From contig JAJOKP010000094.1 in assembly GCA_021129775.1 (NCBI GenBank), forward strand, positions 4,066 through 68,065: 64,000 nt of DNA, read 5' to 3'. The translations under genes and the position numbers were made by a program. Every line of letters begins with the position of its first letter. Positions within the stretch are counted from its first letter, which is position 1. The notes beneath the pieces were generated by a model. That model worked only from the letters and a program-made list of their open reading frames with translations. It did not search any database and was not told the DNA's origin. The DNA comes from Clostridiales bacterium (GTDB lineage Bacteria; Bacillota; Clostridia; Peptostreptococcales; NVVX01). This document shows, in pieces, positions 28,691-38,883 of the stretch.

Positions 28691-29023
28691 ATGAAAAAAT
28701 ATAGTGAAGATACAGTTTATTTTATTTCTTATGCTAGATTACCAGCGGAAATCGCTGCTGCTAAAATGCATCATGTTGTTGGAGTTGGATTAATAATAAA
28801 TAGAAAAACTGGATTAATTGAAGACTCCTCTTGCACATTGATTACAGCTGAAGCAAAAGAGTTTCTGAAACAAATTTTAGTGGGTCATAATTTACATGAA
28901 GAAGGTATTGAAGCATTAAATGAGAAAATAAAGAAACGTTTTCACGGCTTAGCACAAAAATCTTTATGTGTTGCTGTAAAAGCTAGTTGTAACAGATATT
29001 TTGAATGGACTGAGGGAAAATAA
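28691..29023 (+). CDS. Small hypothetical cytoplasmic protein
   Basis: 110-aa ORF with a GGTGGAG RBS. No motif I can name with confidence. Confidence 0.5.
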   Translation: MKKYSEDTVYFISYARLPAEIAAAKMHHVVGVGLIINRKTGLIEDSSCTLITAEAKEFLKQILVGHNLHEEGIEALNEKIKKRFHGLAQKSLCVAVKASCNRYFEWTEGK

Positions 29024-29172
29024 TATTTAGAATTGCTGCTTTATTTATTGTGATAGTGTGTCCCACTATTACGGAGTAAATAGAATCCAGCATGACAGTA
29101 CAAAGTGACAAAATAGCTTTGAATGTTATGCTGTTTTTTATATTATAAAAAAAGAAAAGGGAGGACTGTAAA

Positions 29173-30543
29173 ATGAGCCTAAACAGGGCACCAAAGAATA
29201 ATGTGTTTTATAGAAACAATAACTGGCATTACCCCAAAATAGAACGAGGTGAAGGTAGCTATTTATACGGGGAAGATGGGAAAAAGTACTTAGATGGTTG
29301 TTCAGGTTCTGCTGTAGCAAATATAGGGCATGGGAATAAAGAAATAGCTGAGTTTGCCAAAGAGCAAATAGAGAAAATTGCATTTACACATTTATCAAGA
29401 TGGACAGCAGACTCTATTGAACAATGCGCAGAAAGAGTAGCTAGGTGGGCGCCGTTAAAGGATAGTTACTTATACTTTTTATCAAGTGGATCAGAGGCTT
29501 CAGAGACAGCAATTAAATTAGCAAGACAATACTATGTAGAAAGAGATGGATCTGGGACTTCAAAGTGGAAGGTTATTTCGAAATGGAACTCATTTCATGG
29601 CAATACTCTAGGTGCATTATCGTTGACAGGCATTACAGGCAGAAGAAAAATATATGACCCAATGCTAATAAATTTTCCAAAAATACCACAATTTTATCAT
29701 TACAGAAATATGTGGGATGCTGAAACGCTCGAAAAAACAAGTATCAAAGCAGCATATGCGCTAGAAGAAGAAATATTAAGACAGGGAGCAGATAATATTG
29801 CAGCATTTATTTCAGAGCCGGTTGTAGGTTCTGCAGCTCCAGGAGCACATCCTACTAAAATATACTTTGAAATTATCAGAAAAATTTGCGATAAATATGA
29901 TATTTTATTTATTGATGACGAAGTTATGGCTGGCTTTGGGAGAACAGGAGAAAATTTCGCAATAAATCATTTTGGTGGAGAATGCGATAGCACGCCAGAT
30001 ATCATAGTTACAGGAAAAGGAATGGGTTGTGGGTATACACCAATTGCAGCAGCAATTGTATCTGACAAAATACATCATACAATAATGACTAAAGGTACTG
30101 GTTTATTTATACATGGGCATACCTATGCTGCGAATCCGCTTTCTTGCGGGATTGCAAATAAGGTATTGGAAATAGTTGAGAGAGATAACTGCGTTGAGAA
30201 TGCAAAGATTCAAGGGAAGTATTTGTTTGAGAAGCTACAAGATTTATACAAATATCCAATCATTGGAGATATTCGTGGGAAAGGTTTAATGATAGGGGTC
30301 GAAATAGTAGAAGATAAAAAAACAAAAACACCATTTGACTCTAGCAAAAATGTGAAAGGGAAATTGACACAAAAATGCTTAGACGAAGGATTAGTGATTT
30401 ACCCTGGTGGGGGAAGCGTAGATGGTAAAAGAGGCGACCATTTCTTGTTAGCACCACCATTGAATATAACAAAAGAACAAGTAGACGAACTGCTCTTTAT
30501 GTTAGATGCAGGCGTTAAGAAAATTTGCGATGAGCTTGTGTAA
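29173..30543 (+). CDS. Class-III (omega/beta-amino acid type) PLP aminotransferase
   Basis: SGSEASETAIKLAR, DEVMAGFGRTG, and PLP-lysine region TGKGMGCGYTPIAA. 456 aa. Confidence 0.85.
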   Translation: MSLNRAPKNNVFYRNNNWHYPKIERGEGSYLYGEDGKKYLDGCSGSAVANIGHGNKEIAEFAKEQIEKIAFTHLSRWTADSIEQCAERVARWAPLKDSYLYFLSSGSEASETAIKLARQYYVERDGSGTSKWKVISKWNSFHGNTLGALSLTGITGRRKIYDPMLINFPKIPQFYHYRNMWDAETLEKTSIKAAYALEEEILRQGADNIAAFISEPVVGSAAPGAHPTKIYFEIIRKICDKYDILFIDDEVMAGFGRTGENFAINHFGGECDSTPDIIVTGKGMGCGYTPIAAAIVSDKIHHTIMTKGTGLFIHGHTYAANPLSCGIANKVLEIVERDNCVENAKIQGKYLFEKLQDLYKYPIIGDIRGKGLMIGVEIVEDKKTKTPFDSSKNVKGKLTQKCLDEGLVIYPGGGSVDGKRGDHFLLAPPLNITKEQVDELLFMLDAGVKKICDELV

Positions 30544-30604
30544 TTTAGGTTTGAGGATAATTGATGAAAACAGAGTTTGATAATTATATACTGGAGGGAA
30601 TAAA

Positions 30605-31417
30605 ATGCAAAAATTAATTATAACAGCAGCTTTAACTGGAAATATACCCACTAAAGAATTAAACCCGGCCTCACCAATTACTATTGATGAAATTGTTGAA
30701 GATGCAAAAAAATGTAGTGAGCTAGGGGCATCGATCGCCCATATGCATGTTAGAAATAGCGAAGGAAAGCCAACTAGTGATAGAGCATTGTTTAAGGAAC
30801 TTTTGGACAAGATAGAAGCTAAAAAAATCGATGTCATTACTCAATTGTCAACAGGGGCAAGAGGTGGGGAAAATACTATAAAGTGGAGAAGTCAGATGCT
30901 TGACTTAAATACAGATATGGCTAGCTTGGCGACTGGTTCTTCTAATTTTCCTAATAGTGTTAATGCCAATTCACCAGAATTAATAAAGGCACTAGCTGAT
31001 AAAATGTATGCTAATGGAATTAAACCAGAGATTGAGGCATTTGATGTGGCAATGATTTCATATTCAAAATGGTTGTTAAAAAAAGGAGTTCTTAAAGGTC
31101 CACTTCATTTTAACCTCGTGATGAATATTCCTGGATCTATAGAAGGAACACCAAGAAACTTACTGTTTATGATTGATAGTTTGCCAGAGGGTTCTACATG
31201 GTCGGTTTCAGGAATAGGCAAATCGCAAATACCGATGATAACACTTGCAATTGTTTTAGGCGGTCATGTTAGAACGGGTCTTGAAGATACATTAATATAC
31301 TCAAAGGGTGTTCTGGCTACAAACACAATGCTAGTTGAAAGAGTAGTGCGAATAGCAAAAGAGCTTGGTAGAGAAATAGCCACTACTAAAGAAGCAAAAG
31401 AAATATTAGGATTGTAA
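30605..31417 (+). CDS. Beta-keto acid cleavage enzyme (BKACE / 3-keto-5-aminohexanoate cleavage enzyme family, DUF849)
   Basis: N-terminus KLIITAALTGNIPTKELNP..PITIDEIVEDA..GASIAHMHVRN and C-terminal GGHVRTGLEDT are typical of the Kce family. Confidence 0.8.
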   Translation: MQKLIITAALTGNIPTKELNPASPITIDEIVEDAKKCSELGASIAHMHVRNSEGKPTSDRALFKELLDKIEAKKIDVITQLSTGARGGENTIKWRSQMLDLNTDMASLATGSSNFPNSVNANSPELIKALADKMYANGIKPEIEAFDVAMISYSKWLLKKGVLKGPLHFNLVMNIPGSIEGTPRNLLFMIDSLPEGSTWSVSGIGKSQIPMITLAIVLGGHVRTGLEDTLIYSKGVLATNTMLVERVVRIAKELGREIATTKEAKEILGL

Positions 31418-31448
31418 AGACAATTATATTTTATGGAGGAAGAAGCAA

Positions 31449-32108
31449 ATGAGCAAAATTATTAGTAAAGAAGAATTTACGGATAAAATTAAAGATGGAA
31501 TGACTATAATGATTGGTGGGTTTTTAGGGAATGGTACTCCTGAAACCTTGATTGATGTAATTGTCGAAAAAGGCGTAAAGGATTTAACTATTATAGCAAA
31601 CGATACAGCATTTGTAGAGAAAGGCATAGGGAAGTTGATTGTCAACAAGCAAGTGAAAAAAGTAATTACATCGCATATCGGAACAAATAAAGAGACAGGA
31701 AGGCAATTAAATGCTGGTGAGCTAGAGGTTGTGTTAGCTCCTCAAGGTACGCTCGCAGAACAAGTACGTGCAGGTGGGGCAGGACTTGGTGGGATACTCA
31801 CACCTACAGGACTTGGTACTATAGTAGAGGAAAACAAGCAAAAAATTGTAGTAGATGGCAAAGAGTATTTACTTGAAACACCGTTAAGAGCTGATGTTGC
31901 GCTAATTGCAGGGACTAAGGTAGATAAATTAGGTAACGCGTTTCATACTAAATCTACTAGAAATTTTAATCCACTAATGGCGAGTGCGGCGGACTTAGTC
32001 GTAGTTGAAGCAGAGGAAATAGTTGAAGTCGGCGAAATAGATCCAGATGTAGTGATGACATTAGGAATATTTGTGGACTTTATTGTTAGGAGTGAAACAA
32101 ATGGATAA
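31449..32108 (+). CDS. 3-oxoacid/acetoacetate CoA-transferase subunit A
   Basis: [19 protein letters not shown] and [17 protein letters not shown] motifs. Confidence 0.85.
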   Translation: MSKIISKEEFTDKIKDGMTIMIGGFLGNGTPETLIDVIVEKGVKDLTIIANDTAFVEKGIGKLIVNKQVKKVITSHIGTNKETGRQLNAGELEVVLAPQGTLAEQVRAGGAGLGGILTPTGLGTIVEENKQKIVVDGKEYLLETPLRADVALIAGTKVDKLGNAFHTKSTRNFNPLMASAADLVVVEAEEIVEVGEIDPDVVMTLGIFVDFIVRSETNG

Positions 32109-32763
32109 GATAAAAGTGAAAGAAACTATTGCAAAAAGAGTAGCTTTAGAAATGAAAGATGGAGATCTTGTAAATCTAGGAATTGGTTTGCCAACAATGG
32201 TTGCGAACTTTATTCCAGAAAATATACACATAACTTTACAGTCGGAAAATGGATTCGTTGGGCTAGGACCTGCTCCTGCCCAAGGCAAAGAAGATAAAGA
32301 CTTAATAAATGCGGGGGCACAACATGTTACAATCTTGCCAGGAGGAGCATTTTTTGATAGCCTTACATCATTTGCAATAATAAGAGGTGGTCATCTTGAT
32401 GCAACTGTTTTAGGAGCATTACAAGTAGATGAAAAAGGTAATCTTGCCAATTGGATGATACCAGGAAAAATGGTTCCAGGCATGGGTGGCGCGATGGACC
32501 TAGTAACTGGAGCAAAGAAGGTTATTGTGGCGATGGTACATACAGCCAAAGGCACACCAAAGATTCTAAAAGAGTGCAATCTACCTCTTACAGCAGCAGG
32601 CAAAGTTGACTTAATAGTTACTGAAATGGGAGTTATGAAAGTAACTGACAAAGGATTATTGTTAACTGAACTAAATTCCGAGTTTTCGGTAGAAGAGATA
32701 CAAAAAGCGACAGATGCAAAGTTGATAATAAGTGAGGACTTAAGGGAAATGAGATCTAACTAA
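32101..32763 (+). CDS. 3-oxoacid/acetoacetate CoA-transferase subunit B
   Basis: LQSENGFVG (catalytic SENG Glu) and GMGGAMDL motifs. ATG 32101 overlaps the subunit A stop. Confidence 0.85.
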   Translation: MDKIKVKETIAKRVALEMKDGDLVNLGIGLPTMVANFIPENIHITLQSENGFVGLGPAPAQGKEDKDLINAGAQHVTILPGGAFFDSLTSFAIIRGGHLDATVLGALQVDEKGNLANWMIPGKMVPGMGGAMDLVTGAKKVIVAMVHTAKGTPKILKECNLPLTAAGKVDLIVTEMGVMKVTDKGLLLTELNSEFSVEEIQKATDAKLIISEDLREMRSN

Positions 32764-32846
32764 GAAACGACAATGGGACGAGGGGAGACAGAGAACCGTC
32801 CCCTGTCTGACTCTAAAATTGTTTTAGACTTTTAATTTCGATAAGA

Positions 32847-32886
32847 AAACATGACAAGGACGTGTCGTTCCTTGTCATGTTTTTTT
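32847..32886 (+). terminator. Rho-independent terminator
   Basis: acatgacaagga-cgtgtcgt-tccttgtcatgt, a perfect 12-bp stem followed by T7. Confidence 0.8.
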
Positions 32887-33123
32887 GTATGTCGAATGTA
32901 GGAATATTACACTAACATTAAATTTTGATAACGAAAGTGAATTCCCAACTAATTCATTTGAAATAGTGTGCCGATTACTGTTATAATAGGACTGTATTTA
33001 TCAAAAATTGATGAAAAATTCGACAAAATGAAAATTAGGGATAATGTACTAATATTTTGCTAGGGAAAAAGCAGGAATGTATACATTGATGTCGAATTTT
33101 CTTAATAATCAGGAGTGATGACA

Positions 33124-33810
33124 TTGATAGAAATGCAGAATGTTTGCAAAACATACAAAAAAGAAGTACGAGCCTTATTTAACATAGATATAAAGATTGA
33201 AAAAGGAGAATTTGTTTTCTTAGTAGGTCCAAGTGGAGCAGGTAAAACGACTTTTTCAAAATTAGTCTTGAAGGAAGAAAACCCAGATAGTGGCAAAATA
33301 TATTTTGGTGGAGAAGATGTGACAAGGTTACCAAGAAGAAAAATACCTTACTTAAGAAGGGACATCGGAGTTGTTTTTCAAGATTTCAGGCTTCTTCCTA
33401 ATAAAAATGTCTATGAAAATATTGCATTTGCAATGAATATTGTTGAAGCATCAGCAAAAGAGATACGAAGAAGAGTTCCCATGGTTTTAGCGATGGTAGG
33501 ATTAAGCTCGCGAGCAGGAAATTTACCACACGAACTGTCAGGCGGAGAGAAACAACGCGTTTCGATTGCAAGAGCTATAGTTAATAATCCGTCATTATTG
33601 ATTGCTGATGAGCCAACAGGGAATCTTGATCCTGAAACAGCGTGGGAAATTATGAAGGTGCTTAGACAAGTGAATAGACGTGGAACAACGGTATTGATGT
33701 CCACTCATGCGAAAGATATTGTTGATATAATGCAAAAACGAGTTATTGCCCTTGAAAATGGAAAGATTGCAAGAGATGAAATTAAGGGGGCATATGGTTA
33801 TGAAGATTAA
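33124..33810 (+). CDS. ftsE: Cell-division ABC ATPase FtsE (TTG start 33124 favoured; the track ORF begins at 33115)
   Basis: (M)IEMQNVCKTYKK...GPSGAGKTT...LSGGEKQRVSIARA...ADEPTGNLD. The N-terminus matches B. subtilis FtsE (MIEMKEV). Confidence 0.9.
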   Translation: MIEMQNVCKTYKKEVRALFNIDIKIEKGEFVFLVGPSGAGKTTFSKLVLKEENPDSGKIYFGGEDVTRLPRRKIPYLRRDIGVVFQDFRLLPNKNVYENIAFAMNIVEASAKEIRRRVPMVLAMVGLSSRAGNLPHELSGGEKQRVSIARAIVNNPSLLIADEPTGNLDPETAWEIMKVLRQVNRRGTTVLMSTHAKDIVDIMQKRVIALENGKIARDEIKGAYGYED

Positions 33811-34696
33811 ATCCTTAAGATATATAGTTAATCAAGGATTTACTAGTGTATGGAAAAACAGAACAATGAGCTTGGCCTCAGTCGCATCTGTAACGGCAAC
33901 TCTAGTAGTGCTAGGCTTGATAATAATCTTGGTGTTAAATATCAATAATATGGCCAAACTTGCTCAAGTTCAGTTCGAAACTATACAGGTTTTCTTGAAG
34001 GATGAATTGCCTTTGGAAGATATTTCAGATATAGGTAAACAGATAGATGATATTGATGGTGTGAAAAGCACTATGTATGAATCAAAAGAAAAGGCATTGC
34101 AAAACTTGATAAATAGGTGGGGTGAGCAGGGACATTTGTTAGAGTATTTAGAAGAAAATCCCTTGCCCAATTCTTATATTATATATTTAGATTCAATTGA
34201 AGGAGCTCACGGAGTTGTTTATGAACTTGAAAAAATCGCAGGGATTGATGACATAAAGTATTACAAGGAAATAGTAGATGTTTTAATTCGAATAGCAAGT
34301 TTTATTAGAAATATTGGGTTGGCTTTAATACTAGCTTTAATAGTAATTACGATATTTATTATTGTTAATACAATCAAAATAACGCTTAATGCAAGAAGAC
34401 AAGAAATCACGATTATGAAACACGTCGGTGCGACAGATTGGTTTATTAGGTGCCCACTGATTATTGAAGGCATCGTCCTTGGCTTAATTGGAGCGCTTCT
34501 ATCAGTAGCTATTGTACATTATGGATACTATCACTTCTACAATATGATGCTTACAAGATTTACGGTTATGTTTAGCATATACATGATTTCGGTAGAGGAA
34601 ATGTTAAGTAGGATACTTATTATGTTTACAATAATAGGCGCAGGTGTTGGCGCACTTGGCAGTATTTTAGCAATAAGAAGGTATTTGAGAGTGTAG
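33800..34696 (+). CDS. ftsX: Cell-division permease-like protein FtsX
   Basis: ATG 33800 overlaps the ftsE stop. Starts MKIKSLRYIVNQGFTSVWKNR, with 4 TM and a large extracellular loop. Confidence 0.85.
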   Translation: MKIKSLRYIVNQGFTSVWKNRTMSLASVASVTATLVVLGLIIILVLNINNMAKLAQVQFETIQVFLKDELPLEDISDIGKQIDDIDGVKSTMYESKEKALQNLINRWGEQGHLLEYLEENPLPNSYIIYLDSIEGAHGVVYELEKIAGIDDIKYYKEIVDVLIRIASFIRNIGLALILALIVITIFIIVNTIKITLNARRQEITIMKHVGATDWFIRCPLIIEGIVLGLIGALLSVAIVHYGYYHFYNMMLTRFTVMFSIYMISVEEMLSRILIMFTIIGAGVGALGSILAIRRYLRV

Positions 34697-34747
34697 TTAT
34701 TACAAAATGAAAGATAATTTAGCACATAAGGGGGTAGCACTGTGGAA

Positions 34748-35875
34748 ATGAAAAAATCGGCTTATATCTATTTTGTTATATTAATTATTTTGCTTTCTTC
34801 CGTTTCAGTTTTTGGTGGAGATATTAACAAATTAAATGATCGAATAGAGGACAACATAGAACAGCAAAAAGACGTAACCAACCAGATAACTGGAGTAGAA
34901 AAAAGACAAAAATCTGTAATTGAGCAGCTTAAAGATATAGAGATGCAGATTGAAAAAACGGAAAAAGAAATTGAACAAGTAAAAAGGGACATAAAAGAGG
35001 CAGAATCCAATATTACAATCACTTTGAATAAACTTGTAGAAGCTGAAAATAACATTGAGCGAAATAGTGATGCGCTGTCATCTAGAATAAGAGTTATGTA
35101 TAAAAATGGTAACGTAGGTTATTTGGAAGTATTGCTTAGTTCAAAGAATTTTACTGAGTTACTAACAAATATTGACATGATAAAGCGGATTGTTGACAAT
35201 GATGTAGCACTGTTGAAATTCATGAAAGAACAACGAGGTATTATAGAAGATAAAAAAATACAATTAGAAATTAAAAGAAGTCAGTTGCTTGCTCTTAAAA
35301 CAAATGTAGAGGACAAGCAAGAAAGGTTGGTAGTATCGCGAGGCAATCAAGAGAGGTTGAGAAAGGAACTTTTAGAAGATAGAGAAGAACTTAAAGCACT
35401 ACTAGATCAACATCAAAGAGATGCCGAGAAACTCGAAAAAGAACTGATTAAATTACAGTCAAGCGGGAAATATATTGGTGGGGAAATGCATTGGCCAGCG
35501 CCTGGTTTCACGCGGATCACATCTCCTTTTGGGTACAGAATGCATCCGATCTTAAGAACTAGACGAATGCACTCTGGGATTGATATAGGTACGCCTAGAG
35601 GGACAACAATAGTGGCTGCAACGAGGGGAACAGTTGTAAGTGCGGGTAGGTTAGGCGGATTTGGAAATACAGTTATTATTGATCATGGTGGTGGAATAAT
35701 GACATTGTACGCGCACAACTCAAGACTGTTAGTAACCAAGGGGCAAGAAGTAATGAGAGGACAAAGGATAGCTTTAGCAGGAAGCACTGGAATGTCGACA
35801 GGACCACATTTGCATTTTGAAGTGCGTATAAATGGTAAATTTGTTGACCCTCTTCCGTGGGTTAAAGGAAACTAA
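34748..35875 (+). CDS. M23-family peptidoglycan metalloendopeptidase with N-terminal coiled coil (PcsB/EnvC-like FtsEX partner)
   Basis: Signal peptide, ~230 aa coiled coil, C-terminal HSGIDI...HLHFEV LytM motifs. Confidence 0.85.
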   Translation: MKKSAYIYFVILIILLSSVSVFGGDINKLNDRIEDNIEQQKDVTNQITGVEKRQKSVIEQLKDIEMQIEKTEKEIEQVKRDIKEAESNITITLNKLVEAENNIERNSDALSSRIRVMYKNGNVGYLEVLLSSKNFTELLTNIDMIKRIVDNDVALLKFMKEQRGIIEDKKIQLEIKRSQLLALKTNVEDKQERLVVSRGNQERLRKELLEDREELKALLDQHQRDAEKLEKELIKLQSSGKYIGGEMHWPAPGFTRITSPFGYRMHPILRTRRMHSGIDIGTPRGTTIVAATRGTVVSAGRLGGFGNTVIIDHGGGIMTLYAHNSRLLVTKGQEVMRGQRIALAGSTGMSTGPHLHFEVRINGKFVDPLPWVKGN

Positions 35876-35903
35876 GCAAAAGCGAGCAAGAGAGGTATAA
35901 TAC

Positions 35904-38279
35904 ATGAACGAAAGATCATTAAGAGCGTTAGAATATTATAAAATTGTTGATTTATTAGTAGATAGATGCACATCACAATTAGGAAAGGATCTTGCTTTAG
36001 CTCTAAAACCAAGTTCTGAAAATAGTAGAATTACCAAAATGCAAACCGAAACTAGCGAAGCACAGAGTATCCTAATCCAAAGAGGAAACGTGCCTTTAGA
36101 AGGAATACACAATATAACTGCTCTGGTTAGGACTACAGAAATTGGTTCGTTTCTTGATTTTGGTAGTTTACTTCGAGTAAAAGAAGTTTTAAATGTGGCA
36201 AGAAGAATGAAATCGTTTATTAAAAGTAAGAATGAAGACTCAAACTGGATAACGATAGAAGGCTTAATAAACACTCTAAGCATTTTTAGAGAAATTGAGG
36301 ATAAAATTGAGAAATGTATCATTAGTGAAATAGAAATTTCAGATAACGCAAGCTCGACATTAAGGAAAATACGTAAAAATATTATTTTAAAAAATGAAGC
36401 TGTAAAGAATAAACTTAATAAAATTATTACTTCGCAGGCTTATCAAAAAATACTTCAAGACACTATTGTCACTCTGCGCCAAAATAGGTATGTGGTTCCT
36501 GTTAAACAAGAACACAGATCTAGCATGCCTGGAGTAGTACATGACAAATCTTCAAGCGGAGCAACTTTGTTTATTGAACCTATGGCTGTTGTGGAACTCA
36601 ATAACCAGTTAAGAGAATTACATATTGAAGAAAAAAAAGAAATTGAAAGAATACTAATGGAAATTTCGGCTATGATAGCTGAAAGAGGGGATGAAATAAA
36701 GAGCAATCAAATAATACTACAACAATTAGATTTTATTTTTGCAAAAGGGAAACTATCGATTCAAATGAAAGGTGTAGAGCCTATTCTAAGTGAATCTAAT
36801 ACTTTACACTTAAAAAATGCAAGGCACCCATTACTAAAAGTTGACGAAGTTGTTCCTACTTCTATATGGTTATGTGAAGGGAAGAACATATTAGTACTGA
36901 CAGGGCCAAATACTGGGGGAAAAACCGTGGCATTGAAAACTGTAGGACTACTTAGCCTATTAGCGCAAAGTGGTCTTCATTTACCTGTAGATTTTGGTAC
37001 AAAACTGCCTATATATGACAGTGTGTTTGCAGATATTGGAGATGAACAAAGCATTGAACAGAGCTTATCTACTTTTTCGTCCCATATGACTAATATAGTG
37101 GAAATCCTTAATAGTGCAACAGAGAAATCGTTAGTTTTATTTGACGAACTTGGAGCGGGAACTGATCCAACAGAAGGGGCAGCACTTGCAATGTCAATAT
37201 TAACTCACTTAGAAAGTAAGGGAACTGATGTAATTGCAACTACGCACTACAGTGAATTAAAACAATTTGCATTAGTTAATGAAGGGATTGAGAACGCTTC
37301 GGTTGAATTTGATGTAGAGACACTTAGACCTACGTACAAACTACTAATTGGGATACCAGGGAAATCAAATGCTTTTGAGATTTCAAAAAAGCTTGGATTA
37401 CCTGAATTCTTAGTAGAGGATGCTAAAACGCTGATTTCAAAAGAAAATATTGAATTCGAAGATTTATTGCAAAATATAGAAAAAAACAGAACGGTAGTAG
37501 AGAAAGAGAAATTAGAGATACAAAAAACTAGATTAGAAACAGAAAGATTAAAGCAAGGCTTTATAGAAAAGAAAAGTAGAATTGACGAACAGAAAGACGA
37601 AATTATAAAAAAAGCAAAAAAAGAAGCTCTAAAAATTGTAAAAGAAGCAAAAAAAGAATCAGAAGAAGTTATAATTGAACTAAGAAATATGAAAGTAGAG
37701 CTTGAAGAGAAAGAAGTAAATAGACAAATAGAAGCATCAAAGAAAAAACTAAATGCCAATATAGAGGGCTTGCATAATGCTATAGGTGAAGAACTACTTA
37801 AAACCCAAAACAATAAAGCCCCAGTAGATTTAAAACCAGGCGAAACAGTAAAAGTGCTTTCACTTAACCAAATTGGTTATGTTGTAGAAAAAGAAGACGA
37901 AAAAGGGCAAGTATTAATTCAAGTTGGGATAATGAAAGTAAAAATGGATGCATCTAATCTTAAAAGAGAAAAGGAAGAAAAAAAAGGGGCAAAGACAGGG
38001 ATTAGCAAAATGCTAGATTCAAGAAAAGCGAACATTATGAGAGAAATAGATGTGAGGGGACAAAATATAGAAGAATCAATGTTGGAAGTTGACAAATTTA
38101 TTGACGATTGTTATATTGTAGGAGTAAGCCCAGTAACAATTATCCATGGTGTTGGCACAGGGGTATTAGGCGCAGGCATTAAGCAGATGTTAAAAAAAAA
38201 TGGGCATGTTAAAAAATACAGGCAAGGCAAATATGGTGAAGGTGGAGTAGGGGTAACAATAGTTGAGCTTAAACAATAG
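35904..38279 (+). CDS. mutS2: Endonuclease MutS2 (MutS-like ATPase plus C-terminal Smr domain)
   Basis: GPNTGGKTV Walker A, DELGAGTDP, C-terminal Smr (IIHGVGTGVL). 791 aa. Confidence 0.9.
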   Translation: MNERSLRALEYYKIVDLLVDRCTSQLGKDLALALKPSSENSRITKMQTETSEAQSILIQRGNVPLEGIHNITALVRTTEIGSFLDFGSLLRVKEVLNVARRMKSFIKSKNEDSNWITIEGLINTLSIFREIEDKIEKCIISEIEISDNASSTLRKIRKNIILKNEAVKNKLNKIITSQAYQKILQDTIVTLRQNRYVVPVKQEHRSSMPGVVHDKSSSGATLFIEPMAVVELNNQLRELHIEEKKEIERILMEISAMIAERGDEIKSNQIILQQLDFIFAKGKLSIQMKGVEPILSESNTLHLKNARHPLLKVDEVVPTSIWLCEGKNILVLTGPNTGGKTVALKTVGLLSLLAQSGLHLPVDFGTKLPIYDSVFADIGDEQSIEQSLSTFSSHMTNIVEILNSATEKSLVLFDELGAGTDPTEGAALAMSILTHLESKGTDVIATTHYSELKQFALVNEGIENASVEFDVETLRPTYKLLIGIPGKSNAFEISKKLGLPEFLVEDAKTLISKENIEFEDLLQNIEKNRTVVEKEKLEIQKTRLETERLKQGFIEKKSRIDEQKDEIIKKAKKEALKIVKEAKKESEEVIIELRNMKVELEEKEVNRQIEASKKKLNANIEGLHNAIGEELLKTQNNKAPVDLKPGETVKVLSLNQIGYVVEKEDEKGQVLIQVGIMKVKMDASNLKREKEEKKGAKTGISKMLDSRKANIMREIDVRGQNIEESMLEVDKFIDDCYIVGVSPVTIIHGVGTGVLGAGIKQMLKKNGHVKKYRQGKYGEGGVGVTIVELKQ

Positions 38280-38287
38280 GTCTAGCA

Positions 38288-38767
38288 ATGAAAAGAGGGA
38301 AAATTTTGATTCTAGTAAGTGCATGTTTATTAGGAATAAATTGTAAGTATGATGGGAGTAATAATCTTGCTCCTAAGATTATTGAAAGATTTGAGGAAGA
38401 GGGAATAGTTCCAGTATGTCCTGAGCAATTAGGAGGGCTTGCAACTCCAAGAAATCCAGCAGAAATACTAAATGGGACAGGTAAAGATGTTCTAGACGGA
38501 AAAGCCCGCGTTTATAGTAATAGCGGAAAAGATGTTACTGCCTCTTTTTTAAGAGGCGCTATTGAAACTACAAAAATTGCAAAAAAACTAAGAATTCATT
38601 ATGCCATACTAAAGAGCAATAGCCCATCTTGTGCTTCTAAACGTATATATGATGGGACTTTTTCGTCAAGCCTTGTTGAAGGGAATGGTGTTACAGTTGC
38701 GCTTTTGAAGTGCGAAGGGGTACGGGTATACTCAGAAAAAAATTATGTAGATATTTTGACGAAGTGA
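38288..38767 (+). CDS. DUF523 (YbbK/TudS-like) protein
   Basis: SACLLGINCKYDG...CPEQLGGL...SPSC cysteine pattern typical of DUF523. Confidence 0.7.
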   Translation: MKRGKILILVSACLLGINCKYDGSNNLAPKIIERFEEEGIVPVCPEQLGGLATPRNPAEILNGTGKDVLDGKARVYSNSGKDVTASFLRGAIETTKIAKKLRIHYAILKSNSPSCASKRIYDGTFSSSLVEGNGVTVALLKCEGVRVYSEKNYVDILTK

Positions 38768-38883
38768 TTTTTGGGTATATCGAATTATTTTCTTTGAAAT
38801 TGTAATATATGCTATTAATTTTCACCGTTTTGTGGTATAAATATATAGAGATTAATAATTAACAACAGAGAGGTTGGGTATAT

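Noticed and set aside
37247-37813. 188-aa Ser/Phe-rich ORF on the - strand
   Set aside because: It is antisense to the Lys/Glu-rich coiled-coil part of mutS2, a classic complementary-strand artefact.
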